Under the pieces are notes generated by a model that worked only from the letters and a program-made list of their open reading frames with translations, ran no database searches and was not told the origin of the DNA. A program made the position numbers and the translations under genes. A stretch of DNA of 19,203 nt, from the NCBI GenBank assembly GCA_964388035.1, contig CAYLZE010000043.1:5735-24937 (forward strand), in the 5' to 3' direction. This DNA comes from an uncultured archaeon. GTDB taxonomy: Archaea > Asgardarchaeota > Lokiarchaeia > Sigyniarchaeales > SOKP01. Shown here one piece after another: positions 17,979 to 19,203 of the stretch. Positions within the stretch are counted from its first letter, which is position 1. Every line of letters begins with the position of its first letter.

Positions 17979-18626
17979 TTGTTTAAAAAAAAAATGACAG
18001 AAGTAAACGTAAAGGATTTTGAAAAATTAAGTGAACGCATGGATAAATTCGAGCAGAAATTTTTGGAACAAAAAATAAGTTATGATGATCAACTCGAGCG
18101 CATTCATAATGAGCTTCTCGAAATTAAAGAACTCTTTGTCATAAATCAAAAATTAGTCGAACGAGATAAAGGTTATGAAGATAGAATTACCAATTTAAAA
18201 ACGGAAGTAACGGAAATGCAAACCTTACTCACCAGAAATCAGAGAGATATCGAAGAACACATTAAAACGCAAGAGGAAATCATCGTTAGTCTCATTAACA
18301 AATTTAATGACCAAGCGTTATCAAAATTCAATCAATTCACGGCTGAAATTGAAGAACTGAAAAACCAGCAAGATGTTTTGAGAATCTCTTATACCGTTAA
18401 TGAAAAAAAATTAATAGAAAAAATTAAAGATACGATATCCTCTGAAATCAAAAATGCTGTAAAAGAGAAAGAAAAAGAGATTTTAATGAATCTTTGGATT
18501 CGAGATCTACGAGAAATAATTTCTAATTTTGAAAAATTGAAAAGAATGAATCCAGAAGAATTTAATTTAAAGCTCAATCAAATTGCGGATATTGTTGATT
18601 CATTTAAAAAAAAGCTTCAGGCTTGA
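17979..18626 (+). CDS. Coiled-coil protein with C-terminal helical hairpin
   Basis: 215-aa ORF 23 nt after the previous stop; SD-like AGGTG at 17968-17972 before TTG (ATG 17994 is an alternative); long heptad-rich stretch with almost no Pro/Gly. Confidence 0.85.
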   Translation: MFKKKMTEVNVKDFEKLSERMDKFEQKFLEQKISYDDQLERIHNELLEIKELFVINQKLVERDKGYEDRITNLKTEVTEMQTLLTRNQRDIEEHIKTQEEIIVSLINKFNDQALSKFNQFTAEIEELKNQQDVLRISYTVNEKKLIEKIKDTISSEIKNAVKEKEKEILMNLWIRDLREIISNFEKLKRMNPEEFNLKLNQIADIVDSFKKKLQA

Positions 18627-18663
18627 CTTACATGCTTGAAGTTAAGAAAGAAATGAATTGTGG

Positions 18664-19203
18664 TTAATTTTTGATTCTTGGTGGGGGAATATAAACCTTT
18701 CGCATTCCTTCCAACAATTCTATGGCTCCTTCTGGGCAGAAATGAGCACAAACAGTACAGCCAATGCATAAATCTTCATTTACCTCTGCTATACTATCCC
18801 CGTTGAGTTCAATTGCTCCCACAGGACATTTTTCAGTGCACGTACCGCAACCCACGCATAAATCCGAATTTACCTTGGATAGGAAATTAGTCCAGCTAAT
18901 TAGAGCAGACATGCCCATTCTCCACCACTCGAATTCGCCGCAACAATCAGCACAACAATTGCAAAGAGAGGTCTCTTCTCTTGTTATATTGGAATGGGGA
19001 TGGAATGCTTTATGAATTAGCCCCGCTTCTTCTGACTTTTTTAGAATTTCTATCGCTTCATCTTTCGAAATCATGCGAGCAAATCCTTGTTCTGCACAAT
19101 ATTTTGCCGATTTCCCAAATGTAAAGCAATTTTCTCTAAGATCTGTTATTTTACAGGGATCTCCCAATAAATCCTTGTGCTGCCTGCAGAAACAATGACC
19201 TAC
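18664..19203 (-). CDS. 4Fe-4S dicluster (ferredoxin-domain) protein, 5'-truncated by the window edge
   Basis: Frame open to 19203 (VGHCFCRQHKDLLGDPCK...). Two ferredoxin motifs CVGCGTCTEKCP and CIGCTVCAHFCP, plus CxCR...C...C and CNCCADCC. Confidence 0.92.
   Translation of the reverse strand, partial: VGHCFCRQHKDLLGDPCKITDLRENCFTFGKSAKYCAEQGFARMISKDEAIEILKKSEEAGLIHKAFHPHSNITREETSLCNCCADCCGEFEWWRMGMSALISWTNFLSKVNSDLCVGCGTCTEKCPVGAIELNGDSIAEVNEDLCIGCTVCAHFCPEGAIELLEGMRKVYIPPPRIKN

Noticed and set aside
52-19015. Short antisense or alternate-frame ORFs in the track (e.g. 52-330, 3904-4188, 4741-5052, 6116-6388, 10080-10412, 14568-14945, 15414-15779, 17613-17918, 18764-19015)
   Set aside because: All overlap well-supported genes and carry no recognisable motifs; 14568-14945 is just the S/F/L mirror of the purine-rich E/K tail.

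Overview
AT-rich archaeal-style chromosomal segment, most consistent with an Asgard archaeon (Lokiarchaeia-like). This is an inference from the Ras-superfamily GTPase, longin-like domains, TATA-like promoters and oligo-T ends. Left to right: (1) a 5'-truncated PAS histidine kinase followed by two paralogous response regulators whose output domain looks like a FLCN/SMCR8/NPRL2-type longin (u-DENN) domain; (2) a co-oriented metabolic/transport run: HpnA/DFR-like SDR, an Ntn-hydrolase asparaginase interrupted by one in-frame TAA, two ~76% identical NIPA-like DMT transporters flanking a Gfo/Idh/MocA oxidoreductase, and a GPH-type MFS carrier; (3) a CPBP intramembrane protease, a 670-aa unknown protein with an E/R/K tail, and a thiolase; (4) a three-gene small-GTPase operon; (5) a truncated 4Fe-4S protein. 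Two candidate undescribed systems stand out. First, the two REC-longin proteins: only one keeps an Arg at the position matching the FLCN/SMCR8 GAP arginine finger, echoing the catalytic/non-catalytic longin heterodimers of eukaryotes but under histidine kinase control. Second, all three products of the GTPase operon share an ungapped ~45-aa helical-hairpin module. No rRNA, tRNA, CRISPR array or mobile element was recognised. All alignments were made by eye and no searches were run.
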